The notes beneath the pieces are model-generated. The model made no database searches. It had not been told where the DNA came from and saw nothing but the letters and a program-made list of their open reading frames with translations. A stretch of DNA of 64,000 bases from Azolla caroliniana (lineage: Eukaryota > Plantae > Polypodiophyta). Both the position numbers and the translations under genes were made by a program. Positions 21,085-40,510 of this stretch are shown piece by piece. How positions within the stretch are numbered: the first letter of the stretch is position 1; every line of letters begins with the position of its first letter. The DNA is taken from positions 8,680,001-8,744,000 of the forward strand of contig JBHGNT010000016.1 of assembly GCA_043228905.1 (NCBI GenBank), in the 5' to 3' direction.

Positions 21085-21575
21085 TCAAGGGGGGGATCAG
21101 CGGTTGTGTTAGGTCATGGGATAGTTAGGGTTGATGTGAATCAAGGATTTGGGGTAATCAGGTAATCAAGGGCTTTGGGCCAATCATGACTAAGTGTATG
21201 CATTTTATACTTCATGATTAATGTTTTTTCATGTGATTGGGGCAACCATGTTTCGGCATGTTCTACTCCAGCACCAGGTGTTGCAAGTTGCAATGATAGT
21301 TGGAGGAGCAAGGAGTAAATGCGATGGAGGGATGGAGAAGGGATGAATGTGTACAGAGTGCAGGTAGCTATGGCAAGAGCTTTTAATGCAGTAGTTTTGT
21401 GGGGAGCACACAAACAAATAGTCTTTGCCTTTGTTATTTTTGGTTTTTATGTCATTTGTTATGCATGTTCGTGGGTTGAGGATGGTTCTTATGGCCGGCC
21501 ATTGCCCCATGCCCATTTTTCCATTTCGTTTTAATATTATGTATGTATTGTAGTGTACGTTTATTTCAGGCAACG
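21085..21575 (+). mobile_element. Possible PPT plus degenerate LTR
   Basis: AAGGGGGGGA (21087-21096) shortly before TGTTAGG (21107); far end and TSD uncertain. Confidence 0.25.
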
Positions 21576-22056
21576 CAACCTATGGGGCCCTCTTTCGTCA
21601 TGGTCTGTGTCTGTTCGAAAGATTTTATTAAAACTACGAACTAAAACAGATCCATTGATAGGAGCATTTGTCCATCTCAAATATAAAGTGCATGACAAGG
21701 GAATGTTTACAGTATTAGACACCTGATACAATTTATGCCTACTGCCTATAAGGAAAGATGGTTTGAATCACAAATTTTATTATTTAGGATAATATGCATT
21801 TAAAATGTGAGAAATCAAACATAACATGCAACCACTACATTAGAAAACAAAACTGGGAGCTCCATAAAATATGTGCCGAATTCAATGCAATATCAATGAC
21901 ATTTATCTGCAGAGTTAAACAAGGTTTGTCGCCACTTGAGATGAGAGGAATTTATTTCCATCAAATAAAAAAATATGAAGAAAAACTTGACACTCTTTGT
22001 GATGTCATTTGAACGTTTCACGCTCACCAAGATGGATTACAGCAACATGTTTGAAA

Positions 22057-29040
<6,984 letters not shown>

Positions 29041-29068
29041 GATGGCCTTCCACGAGGGGTTGCAAGAC

Positions 29069-29950
29069 CTAGATCCGAAATTAAGTATTGGACAGATTAA
29101 TTCAATTATCAAGATTAGGGTTAAATATCTCCGCCATGCAGATGAAATTGTAATATGCACGAAAGAAAAAATTGGGGGAGATAGGAGGGGTAATATGACC
29201 AGAAAGAAGATGCAATAAGACAAAGAAAAGGAGTGAGAGGGACAGGAATTATCAGGAGAAGAGAACGTAATCGGATGGTGCTGTTGAAGATAGAAGAAGA
29301 AACAAGCGCAGAGAACTAAAGAAGGATATGGTGAAAGGTGTGGTTAAAGCGAGCTAGAAGATGAATCAGATGTCGAGAGCATAGAAGCAGGGAAAGAATG
29401 AAGAAGGCAGGTAAGCGGAAGGTGTGGCTTAAGCTAGCTAGAAGAAGAAGAATCAAGCAGAACGAGGACAACCAAGCATGGGTCGAGGGACGAAGAAACA
29501 AGTAGGAGCCAGAGACAAAGAGCAACAAAATCAAGAAGAGGCAGAAAACGAAGAAGAATCAAGCAGAAGAAAGAACCAAAAAAAATCAAGCAGAAGAAGA
29601 AGAAGAAGAAGAAGAAAGAGCAAAACAAGCAGAAGAAGAAGAAGAAGAAGAAGAAAGACGAATCAAGGACAAGACGAAGTGGAGGGAAGAGGAAGAAAAG
29701 AAAAATCAAACCGAACTGCAGCAAGAACAATCAAGAAGAAGAAGAAGAAGAAGAAGAAGAAGAAAGGATGAGGGGAGGAGGAGGAGGAGATGAAGAGACC
29801 TGGTGACGAAGCGTCTGCAGGAAGCCACCGTGTGAGTGTGTGTGAGTGTGAGTGCTTGTGTGTGAAGAAGAAGAAGAAGAAGAAGAAGAAGAAAGTGAAG
29901 GTGAAGAAGGTGAAGTTAAATTCGTATTTTGCAGAGAGAGAGAGTAAAAA
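29069..29950 (-). other. Probable NADP-ME 5'-UTR intron and leader exon with (CTT)n microsatellites
   Basis: Acceptor TCTAG|G at 29069/29068, candidate donor CAG|GTCTCT at 29799; pyrimidine-rich; no ATG seen in the leader exon. Confidence 0.55.
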
Positions 29951-30379
29951 CAAAACTTAACGATTAATGGTAATTATTATTTACGTAAAATAAAATTGAG
30001 TTTAATCTATTATTTTTTAAATTTGATAAAATGATTCATTATTATTAAAAAAAATTTAAGTGCCTACGCACGCGGCAAGCTGCGGCTGTCGCCAAAAACA
30101 AAAACAAAAACAAAAAAGGAAAAGGAGCAAAATCAAAAAATCAGCTTTTTTATTTTTCCTTTCTTTTCTTTTACATTTTTTTATTTTATTTGCTTTTTCG
30201 TCTATTTATTTCGGTTTTCGGACACGAACTGCTCGCATTTTCTGACGCAACTCTAATTAATTAATTAATTAGATAATTCATTTAAATCCCTTGTTCTCGT
30301 TTCTTTGTCCTGCTTTCTTTTCTTTTCTTTTTTCAAAGCGGAGCAGAACTTTATTTCCATTTTTATTGCCTTTATTCAT

Positions 30380-30406
30380 GCCACGTGGCCGCGTGCGACA
30401 CGTGGC
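30380..30406. promoter_or_regulatory. G-box/ABRE - CE-like - ABRE cluster upstream of NADP-ME
   Basis: GCCACGTGGC (30380-30389), CCGCGTG (30389-30395) and GACACGTGGC (30397-30406) in AT-rich context. Confidence 0.65.
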
Positions 30407-30498
30407 GTATGGTTCATTCATTATTATACCCTCAAGGGCAGATACAGAATTACTTTCCCATCATCTTCTCAAATGCTCTTTCCCAGCAAAGTGCATAC

Positions 30499-30551
<53 letters not shown>

Positions 30552-30820
30552 GTAAACGTATGTTTATATTAAAACAACATGATAATACAAAAAAACCTTG
30601 CTATCAAAACTACGTCAAAAGGTAGCGATGTGGCAAGGGCAACCTTCTAAGGGTTACCTTTGGCTAGGACTTTAAAACGAAGACATATTGGTAGTGGTAC
30701 ATGTGTCTTTTGTACAACGGTTTATGAAGATTCTCGTCATAGGTTTATATCTTGCCCTGTTACTAAAAGTATATGGATAGGTATATCATAACTGTGGGGG
30801 TCATTAACTGGAAATGTTTT

Positions 30821-33800
30821 TGTTGAGAGACAAGCTCAACATTGGGTGCGTAAACGAGTGCGTAACCCAGTGCGTAGACTGGGTGCGTAAAACTGTACGC
30901 AAAATATGGTCGTAGCAGTGTGTAAACCGAGAGGCCGTTAGAACGTTATTCCTTGTAAGGAATAATTTTGGGGGTAAGTGTAGGATGCTCATTTATGAGC
31001 AGTCAGGTACTGTAAGTACTTGTGTCAGTCTAATAGTCAGGGCTTGTATAAAAGGTGCTCACTAGCACCAAGTATGTACAGAGAACATACAGAAAATTAT
31101 GGTTTTTGAATATAGTTACGTTTTTTCTCTCTCTCTCTCCCTCTCCTTCTCTATGATTTTTGTGTTTTACCGAAATATCGTACTTCCGAACCGTGTACTC
31201 ACTGTCTTACGCATACGCTTCCGCACCCGTATTCTTTCACATGGTATCAGAGTGCAAGGGTTGAGACTCCTCTACAGCCGACAGATAAGCTTGCGATAAA
31301 GACAGAGTTAAGTTATTGTTTTTTGTCAGAAAGGATAAGACAGCAATATGGACAGAGGAATGGGAAGCTTGCTACCGATTGAGAAGTTTGATAGGAGCAA
31401 CTACGCATCTTGGTCGTACAAGATGCACCAGTATCTGCTTGGTCATGGTCACTGGAGTTATGTCGAAGGAGCTAATGATGCAACACCCAAATCGACACAT
31501 AGAGATTTTTCGTCTTGGGAACAAGCGGCAAGCAGAGTTCTTTACTGCTTCGCATCCTATGTGAGCGACCAACTCTTGAGCTACATTCGGGATGCTAAGA
31601 CGGTAAAAGACGCGTGGGCGAATCTCAAGAGGATTTTCGCTGCTAGCACAACGGCTAGGAAGCTGCAACTCATACAAGAGCTCAGTAATGTCTGATAGAA
31701 AGATCTATTTGTGGCCGATTACACGGCCTAAATCAAGGAGATCTGTGATTCCCTCGCCTCTGTCAATGTGAACATCGAGGAGGATGAAATGGTGCAGGTT
31801 TGTCTTGGAGGGTTGGCGTCAAAGTTCGGAGCATTCCAAACGGCGGTCTACACAAGGGAGATTATGCCTTCGTTCTTCGAGCTTCAGTCGATGTTGCTCG
31901 TGGAGGAAAATCACACGGGTGCGTCAACAAGTACGCACACCGACATCAAGATGTTGTACACGGAGGAAGACATGCCTCGTGGTCGTAGCGGACGAGGCAG
32001 ATCGACGCGCAATGGAGGTGGCCGAAAAGAGCAAAACGTGCGGCATAATTTTGAACCCTCTGGACCCTCCGGAAGCAAGGGGAGTCACAGCAGCGCCGGA
32101 AGTCGGCAAGAGAAGGCCGCGACGGAATGCTAGTATTGTGGCAAGAAAGGCCACAGGGAGAGCGAGTGTTGGAAGAAGAGAGCCGATTCGGACAAAGCCG
32201 AATCTGAACGAGGTGGAAATGGATCGGGCCCAGCCTTCGTAATGAAGCACAAGTCTAATTCGATGGTCGTGAACACCTCGAAATCGAGCGAGGTGTGGTA
32301 TGTTGATTCCGGAGTGTCAAATCATATGACGAGTCATGAGGAATGGTTCTCGTACTTGGAGAAACTGGAAAAACAAGGAGTGGTCAAAACGAGAAACGAC
32401 ACTCCGCATACCATCGAACATGTCAGAGAAGTTCCTCTCAACCACGTCAGACAGAAAGGGAAACTTATGAACATGTTGCATGTCCTAACAATAACCAAGA
32501 ACCTCGTGTCGGTCAGTCAGATCATTGACCAGGGGATGCAAGTTCGATTCATGCACCTCGGGTGCTACATCGAAGAGGAAGGTCAAGTTATCGCGCAAGG
32601 GCGCCGTGAATGTTCATCCTCGACACCAATCAAGCCGGAACCGCGTTGTTCTCTAGAGGACAGAAGATCGAGTCGGACATCGACTTGTGGCACAAGCGGT
32701 TCGACCATGTTAACTTCCCACAGCTTCGTGAAATGCAAACAAAGAACATTGTTTTCTATTTGCCGAAATTTCGGGGCCATAATGGCCAAGTTTGCGAAGA
32801 GCACCGACTTCCATTCCCCAATGAGCATAATCGTAGTCGAAATCCACTGTATTTGATCCATTCGGATGTGTGGGGACCGGCACAAAACGTGAGTTTCGGT
32901 GGAAGCCGTTACTTTGTAACCTTCATCGATGACTTCACTCGGCATACTTGGGCGTGCTTGATCGCGAAAAACAACGAAGTCTTCATGTGGTTCCTGAAAG
33001 TGAAAAACCTTGCGAAAAGGGAAACATGGCGTAAGATCAAGTGCCTACGGTCCGATGGCGGGAATGAGTACTTCTTCGACAAGTTCACGAGTTATCTACA
33101 AAAGGAAGGAATTCAACGCGAATTCTCATGTAGATATACCCTGGAGCAGAAAGGTGTAGCCGAGCGGAAGAATCGGACGATCAAAGAAGCCGCCAGAGCA
33201 ATGCTTGAAGAGAAGCATATGCCGAAGTTTTACTGGGCTGAAGCCTTAAGGACGGTTGTTTACTTGCAAAATTGGACCTCTACTAATGGAGGAGTGTCGC
33301 CACACGAGTTGTATTTCGGAAAGAAGCCGAACTTGGCACACTTGAGGATTTTCGGTAGCATTGCGTATGTGCATGTGCCGAAGGAGAAGAGGAGGAACCT
33401 GGACGCCAAAACCGGGAAGTGTATCTTGGTCAGCTATTCAGACGAGCAGAAGGGGTATAAGTGTTATAACCCCCGGACAAAGGAAGTTTGTGTAAGTCAA
33501 GATGTCGTGTTCGACGAGTCCGCTTCGTGGTACTTGCCTTCACCTCCAATACCTCATGACTCCATTCTGAATTCTGAAGAAGAGGTCAGGGAGGACGAGC
33601 TACCTCCGCGTGATGAGGAAAATCAGAGCTCTGAATGAGAGTCTGATCTCATTTCGGTTGAGTGGGCCGAATGAGGGGTTGGTCCGAGATGGCCAATCAA
33701 ATGAAGAGTCGGCGAGTAGTGGAGACTCGGTCGTGTTGTCCCCACATAAAGAACTGAGGAGACAGTTTACGCGTAAAGAAAAAGGGAAGAAGAAAATGTT

Positions 33801-36470
33801 GGAATACGATTTCGGCAATGCCGAGTCAAATCGGAGTGAATCTAACTTTGGGCCAATCGAGAAGGAACCCTCACTGAAGAGGTCGAAATTGGCCGAAAAT
33901 GCCATGAAATCAGGTAATCATGAATTACGTCGATTTACCCGCCTGAAGAATCCCGTAAAAAGATATGGGTACAATGAATACATGGTGCACCATTACACGT
34001 ACATGACACGAGTGGCAGAAGTGCGTGAGCCAGAGAGCTACGCAGAAGGGGCGGAAGATGCAAACTGGCGTGCCGCAATGGAGGAAGAGATGCGCGCTTT
34101 AACGGACAATGAGACTTGGGACCTAGTTGACACACCTAAAGGTGTAAAGCCGATCGAATGCAAATGGGTGTTTAAGGTGAAATACAACACCGACGGCTCG
34201 GTCAACCGATATAAGGCCCTTTTGGTTGTGAAAGGCTATGCGCAGAAGCACGGCGTAGATTACGACGAGACCTTCGCTCCAGTTGCGAAGATGGCTACCA
34301 TGCAAGTTCTACTAGCTGTAGCGGCGACAAAGGGGTGGCATCTACATCAGATGGATGTAAAGAATGCGTTCCTGCAAGGCGATCTTGAGGAACAAGTGTA
34401 CATGGTACGACCCCCTGGATTTCTATCCAAACAGAGCACTTTGGCAGTCTGCCGATTGAAGAAGGCATTATACGGACTTAAGCAAGCCCCGCGAGCGTGG
34501 AACGTGAAGATTACGCAATGGTTGGGTAGAATGGGATTTACGACATCAAAGTCAGACTCCTCGTTGTTCGTTCGGCAAGGTCGACATGGACCAGTTTGTC
34601 TTTTACTTTATGTTGATGATTTAGTCATCGCCAGTGCCGACCTGGAAGAAATCGGCCGCGTAAAGTCTCAACTTGCGGCATCGTTCGAAATGAAGGATCT
34701 TGGTGACCTTCATTACTTCCTCGGGATCGAAGTGATCCGTTCCCCCGAAGGCATATTGATTAATCAACGTCATTACATGTTGAATATGCTCTTCAAGTTC
34801 GGGATGACAGATTGTAAGCCCATCTCAACCCCTCGAAATAGAAACGTAAAGCTTCGCCGAGATTCGGGAAAGGCGTGCGACCCGACACAATTTCAATAGA
34901 TTGTCGGAAGCCTCATCTATTTGACGATCACTCGACCAGACCTCATCTATCCGATCGGAATGATCAGTCAATTTATGTCACAACCCATGATTGAACACCT
35001 TCAGTGCGCACAAAGGATATTATGATATGTTAGCGGCACGAAAGACATGGTGTTGTTGTATCGTGTAGACGTAGTCGAGCAGTTAGTCGGCTACACGGAT
35101 GCCGATTGGGCCGGAAATGCCCACGATTGTAGATCCACATCCGGATACGCATTCTCATTGGGAAGTGTGGCGATCGTGTGGAGCAGTAAGAAGCAATCAA
35201 CAGTAACATTGTCGAGCATTGAGGTCGAATATCGAGGGGCGACTATCGCTATGTGCGAGGTCATTTGGCTGAAACGGCTATTACGGATCTACACATAGAG
35301 GTGTCTGATCCAACGACAATCTACTGCGACAACCTCAACAGCATCCACCTTCCGAAAAACCTTGTATTCCACGCTTGGACTAAGCGCATTGAGGTGCACT
35401 ACCATTTTGTCCGCGAGCATGTCCTTTCTGGTGAAGTCGAACTGGCGTATGTTCCGATGAGTCGGCAGATTACCGACATCTTCACCAAGCCCCTTGGTCT
35501 CGACAAGTTACGGCATTTCTCAATTGAGCTAGGTTTGCGTCACCTCGACACGCCGAATTTGAGGGGGAGACAGGAACAGGAACAGGAGCATGAAAGGAGC
35601 GGTAGTAACTGCGATGCCGAATCGGATGAAGAATTTGCTTTTGGGCCGGCTGAAGAAGCCGAAGAAAAGAACAGGGGCCGTAATCACAAGGAAGAGCCGA
35701 AGACAGCCAAACAAAGGGGAAACAAAGCCAAGAAAGGCATAAAGGCCATGACAAAGACATGGTCAGACATAGTTAAGGGCCTGAAGACAAAAGACGAATT
35801 GGAGACAACCAATTCAAGTGAAAGCGAGAATGAATCAGAAATGTTCGATTCGGATACACCAAATCAACTAAGGGCCAAAGAGAGAAAAGAGCAGTGGAAT
35901 AGGCGCCAACACTGCGACAGCAAGGGAGCTAAGAAAGGCCACATGAGCAAACAAGCCGACCGAAAGGGTCGAGGCGCGCGGAATCGGACAGGTTGAGGAG
36001 GGCGAGAGAGGCGTGAAGCCAGGAGAAGCCGGAGCAAAGATCCAGAAAAGCATATGGAACCTCAAGTTAAGCTTGAGTGGGAGTGTTGAGAGACCAACTC
36101 AACATTGGGTGCGTAAACGGGCGTGTAACCCAGTGCGTAGACTAGGTGTGTAAAACCATATGCAAAATATGGCTGTAACGGTGTGTAAACCGAGAGGCCG
36201 TTAGAACGTTATTCCTCGTAAGGAATAATTTTGGGGGTAAGTGTAGGATGCTCATTTATGAGCAGTCAGGTACTGTAAGTACTTGTGTCAGCCCAATAGT
36301 TGGGGCTTGTATAAAAGGTGCTCACTGAGCACCAAGTATGTACAGAGAACATACAAAGAATTACGGTTTTTGAATATAGTTACATTTTCTCTCTTCCTCT
36401 CCTTCTTTGTGATTTCTGTGTTTTACCAAACTGTCTTACGCATACACTTCTGCACACGTATTCTTTTACA
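30821..36470 (+). mobile_element. Full-length Ty1/copia element E1 (decayed)
   Basis: LTRs 30821-31241 and 36084-36470; TSD GTTTT; PBS TGGTATCAGAG 31242; PPT GAGTGGGAG 36075-36083. Confidence 0.96.
31348..36089 (+). pseudogene. E1 gag-pol polyprotein with C-terminal extension
   Basis: WYVDSGVSNH, IHSDVWGP, HQMDVKNAFL, YVDD, TDADWA, ITDIFTKPL; many stops and frameshifts. Confidence 0.93.
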
Positions 36471-36849
36471 GTTTTGTCACCTTTTCAATGAGTTTTCATT
36501 GAAGGTGATAGAGTTTTGCCATCCCCAGAGTATAAGTTTGTGTTTGATTATTTGTGGTACTTGGGCATGTGGTATATTTGGAACTTGCGGAATGGTTTCT
36601 TATTTGATGGGCTTTCTAGAGTATCTCAACAGATATGTAGGATAAGAGGAAAGTTGATTTCGCAATTTTCACAGTTATGTTGTATGTCCCCAAATGAGTT
36701 ACATTTGTGTCGCTTTGTATATATCTCTCTCTCTCTCTGGCTTTTGGTTTTGTAACTAGAGCACCTTACCCAACCTTGTAGTACTTAGTTGTTAGCCTAC
36801 CGACTCTAAAGCCCTTGGGATGATTCTAAGGCACAACCATCTTTTCGTG

Positions 36850-36922
36850 GATTTACTAGATGGGGTTGAAACCTTGACCTTCTTGTCTACGCGGGACAAC
36901 TTACCAACTAAGCTATAACCAT
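36850..36922 (-). mobile_element. Possible tRNA-derived SINE head
   Basis: A-box-like TAGCTTAGTTGGTA (36915-36902) and B-box-like GGTTTCAACCCC (36873-36862) at tRNA-like spacing; no cloverleaf. Confidence 0.4.
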
Positions 36923-37309
36923 ATGCGCTCGCTCCCAAAGAACAAACAAACACCCTCGGATACCAAGCCTCAAAGTCACTCGTTCTACAATTAAGAAGGT
37001 ATGGAAACGTGAGTTACACCGCCTAGAAGCTATCGTCGGGATACCTTTTAAATCAGGGCCATGAGCCACACCTACATCAAAACCCTTTGACCTCCCACTC
37101 CTTTTCCAATGACTTAGATGGAAATGAAACTAGGCCTAGCACATAGCCATTTCCTTTATAGAATATATCACACCATAAAATCTTTTGTACAATATTGTAC
37201 CTCTTTTATCTATGTTTATTTTGTTTTTATTTTTGACAATTGGGTTCACATCCAATTTTGTAAACTATTGTCTCATGGCCCATGGGCCAAATTTGGTCTT
37301 GGAAGATGT

Positions 37310-37364
<55 letters not shown>

Positions 37365-37768
37365 AACAACATATGATCATATTAATTCTATATAAAACCA
37401 ATTGTTACAACTTCTTAGCCTTCTCTACCTATATAGGTAGAGAGAGGGATGATTCGACAAACATCTTATAACGTCCATTAAAAAACTAAAATATGCATTA
37501 GAGGAAATGATTCCCACATGCTCCAACATCCAAAAAATTTAATTGAGAATGCTTTTCAACTTCTTACCATAGGCTTTCACCCAATGTCTACTATCAAACA
37601 TGAAAGCGTTACACATAATCCAATGTGTTGTAACCCCCAATATCATAAAAATTTTGAACAATATCTCCAACTCATCATTTGCACAATTTTAAGCATACCA
37701 AGCAAAAACCACTATTGATGCAACAAATAAAAACATGATAAACTCTTGCCAAATCTCTAATAAGCACT

Positions 37769-38148
37769 TCTAAATTATATGAGCTATAGTGCATTTAATG
37801 AACCAATGCATATTGTCTTCCAATGGAATGGTGGAAAAGAAAGATGTACCTAGACCTAGTTCTCATTTGCTTAAGGTGGAATCTAATCTCTCTCTCTCTC
37901 CCTCTGACACACACACACATTGGCATACAAGATGCACATGAACAAAGGAAGGAGGCACTTCCATTGCTCACCATCTCCCAGGCATTGAAAACCGTGATGC
38001 AAAGACGTTTTGAATAAAGTATCCATCCCAATGTCTAAATTATATGAGCTATAGGGCATTTAATGAACCAATGCATATTGTCTTCCAATGGAATGGTGCA
38101 AAGGAAGCATGTGCCTAGACCTAGTTCTCATCTACTTAAGGTGGAATC

Positions 38149-38198
<50 letters not shown>

Positions 38199-38338
38199 GA
38201 CATACAAGATGCACATGAACAAAGGAAGGAGGCATTGGCATCAAAGTGTCCATCTAAGCACATCCATTACTCACCATCTCCCCGACATTGAAAACCATAA
38301 TAAGAGTCGTTTTGGATAAACTATCCATCCCATTGTCA
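37769..38338. repeat. Tandem duplication, first unit 265 bp, with internal (CT)n
   Basis: TCTAAATTATATGAGCTATAG..CATTTAATGAACCAATGC at 37769 and 38034. Confidence 0.9.
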
Positions 38339-38851
38339 TAAAGACTACAAAAATATGATATCCATGAGGTTTCATATCTCATATGGAACACAATTTCTTT
38401 TGTACATGTTGGATTGCTAGAAGACATGCTTCATCATGAGCTAAATAGATGTGTGGCTCGTAATTTGAACGTGTGTTTGGGCCATGTCATAGTTTATAGA
38501 AAGAACAAGTCAGCTTACTAGTTAAGTGAACTGCTCACCCACTAGCTCATTGGAACTAATTGACATTCTCATACACATGCACATAAGTATTATGACAATT
38601 TAAAAAGTTATCAATATCATTGACAACTAACAAGTAGTTTTAATTGGTTACTTCAAATATTGTTGACCATGTGTTTACTAGTATTTTTGCTACAATAATG
38701 TCAACCTCTTGCTTGAAAATAAGTCGGTTACCCACTTAGTATGTAATTCCATACACAACTCGGGCGTAAGTGGTGCAATGATAATGATCATGGACAGTTT
38801 GTATATGTACATCATTTATTCTAATCATGTTGTGTTGGTTTCAACTTTTTT

Positions 38852-40510
38852 GGATCTCAAACCTAGTTTCTCCCGCCAATTGGAGGATAGATTCAGTGCA
38901 TCCATGTGGAAGGCAAGGTGTGACATTCGTCAAGGGCTCAAGTGTGATCAACCGAGATCCGAACATGCCTGGCTCAGTCAACGTATCCTATGGAACCCAT
39001 ATCTCAAGGATGAATCTAATCAACTACTAGGATCACGTAAGGGGTTGTCATGGGGATACATTGCAGAAGGTCCAGGAAAAAGTATAGAATGTTGGCGACG
39101 GTTTATGTCAATGCTACTACAAGATCAGGCGAACATACTCCATGGAATTAGGGGCGAATGGACTATGAGATCGGAAATCATTAACTCTCTACTGATTAGG
39201 GAATCTGCTACTCAAAGGACGACAATGGAGAAATGGATAGGCCACGAGAAGGAGGGATCTCTGATCCCGAGAGGTAGGGGACCACCAGACAGACTCGAAG
39301 GCTCTGAATTGCGAGACACTAAGACACCAACACATAATAACGCAATTCGAGTACTCGCGTACACTAGTCATAAATGGATTGTAGATCCTGATCTGATCAA
39401 AGTACAACCCGATTAGCATATATGTACTCATGAAAACACATGGCTACGTAAGGTCAGTTGAGACCCTTTGTAATGGACATGGCGTGATCCCTACGCGGGG
39501 CAAGGAAGCAAACCCATCCCTTTCTTCCAATTCACAACTAGATTGGGTCGCCACATTAGCTGCTCAAGCCGCCCAAGAATCGGCTGCTGCGAAGGTCTGG
39601 CACACATTTCAAGTTCCCTCCGCAATAATCACCAAGTTTTGGCAGAAAATCTGGAAACAACAACACATGAGGCGAATTACCACTTTCCAATGGTTGTTAA
39701 TACATAAGTCCCTACCGGTGGGAGCATGGCAACGTGGGAACCTTAGCTCTCCTAATTGTGTAGAGTGCCCACATGCAATAGAATCCATATGACACGCTCT
39801 GTGGGACTGCCCAACGTCCCATCGAATATGGCGGGGGGTTGGCCGCTTGTTGCAATTATGCTAGGTGCAAGGTTCAATCAAGTGGGGAAATATATGTTGG
39901 CTATCATGGCAAGCTGCAATTGGCCGATACGAGCATCAGGAGGAGGGGATGACTTTGGTGATAAAAGCACAAGAGGTCCTTTTCTCCTCCAGCGGCAATG
40001 TGTACTCCATTCCTCCTAATGACAAATCTCAAGAGGTGTTGGAATTGGTCAACCCAATAACCCTTTGGAATCTATGGAAACAACGATGTAGGCGAGTCTT
40101 CTCCAACCAAACTGCCCATCCAACAAGGTTACTGCCCATTCCTCCTAATGACAAATCTCAAGAGGTGTTGGAATTGGTCAACCCAATAACCCTTTGGAAT
40201 CTATGGAAACAACGATGTAGGCGAGTCTTCTCCAACCAAACTGCCCATCCAACAAGGTTACTGCAAGAGATATGGAGTGAAATTGTAGCCACTCTGAAGA
40301 GCCAATATGATGGCCTTAAGGGTGCCTCCGAGGGAGTTGAAAGACAACGCATAGCCTTCATCCAACAATGGTCGTCCTCTCCCTTTCTTGAGTCAGTGGG
40401 CATCCACATAAGATGGAACTATCGCGTCCCTTTAGGGATTTGTACATAATCGTCTCATTTGTAAAATTTTATAACTAATGGAAGGAGTTTTTTTTTGGAA
40501 AAAAAAAAAA
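38852..40510 (+). mobile_element. 5'-truncated LINE with poly(A) tail
   Basis: zf-RVT-type FQWLLIHKSLPV..CVEC..ESI*HALWDCP, LWNLWKQRC; A-run from 40499; TSD AACTTTTTT 38843-38851 / 40511-40519. Confidence 0.88.

Larger units (their letters stand above)
30651..36757 (+). mobile_element. 5'-truncated L1-type LINE 3' fragment (zf-RVT region) split by copia E1
   Basis: 30651-30820 plus 36476 onward reads GLPLARTLKRRHIGSGTCVFC..EDSRHRFISCP..IW..|..MWYIWNLRNGFLF. Confidence 0.75.

Noticed and set aside
29434-29953. Poly-Phe and poly-Arg/Lys ORFs
   Set aside because: Translations of (GAA)n microsatellites.
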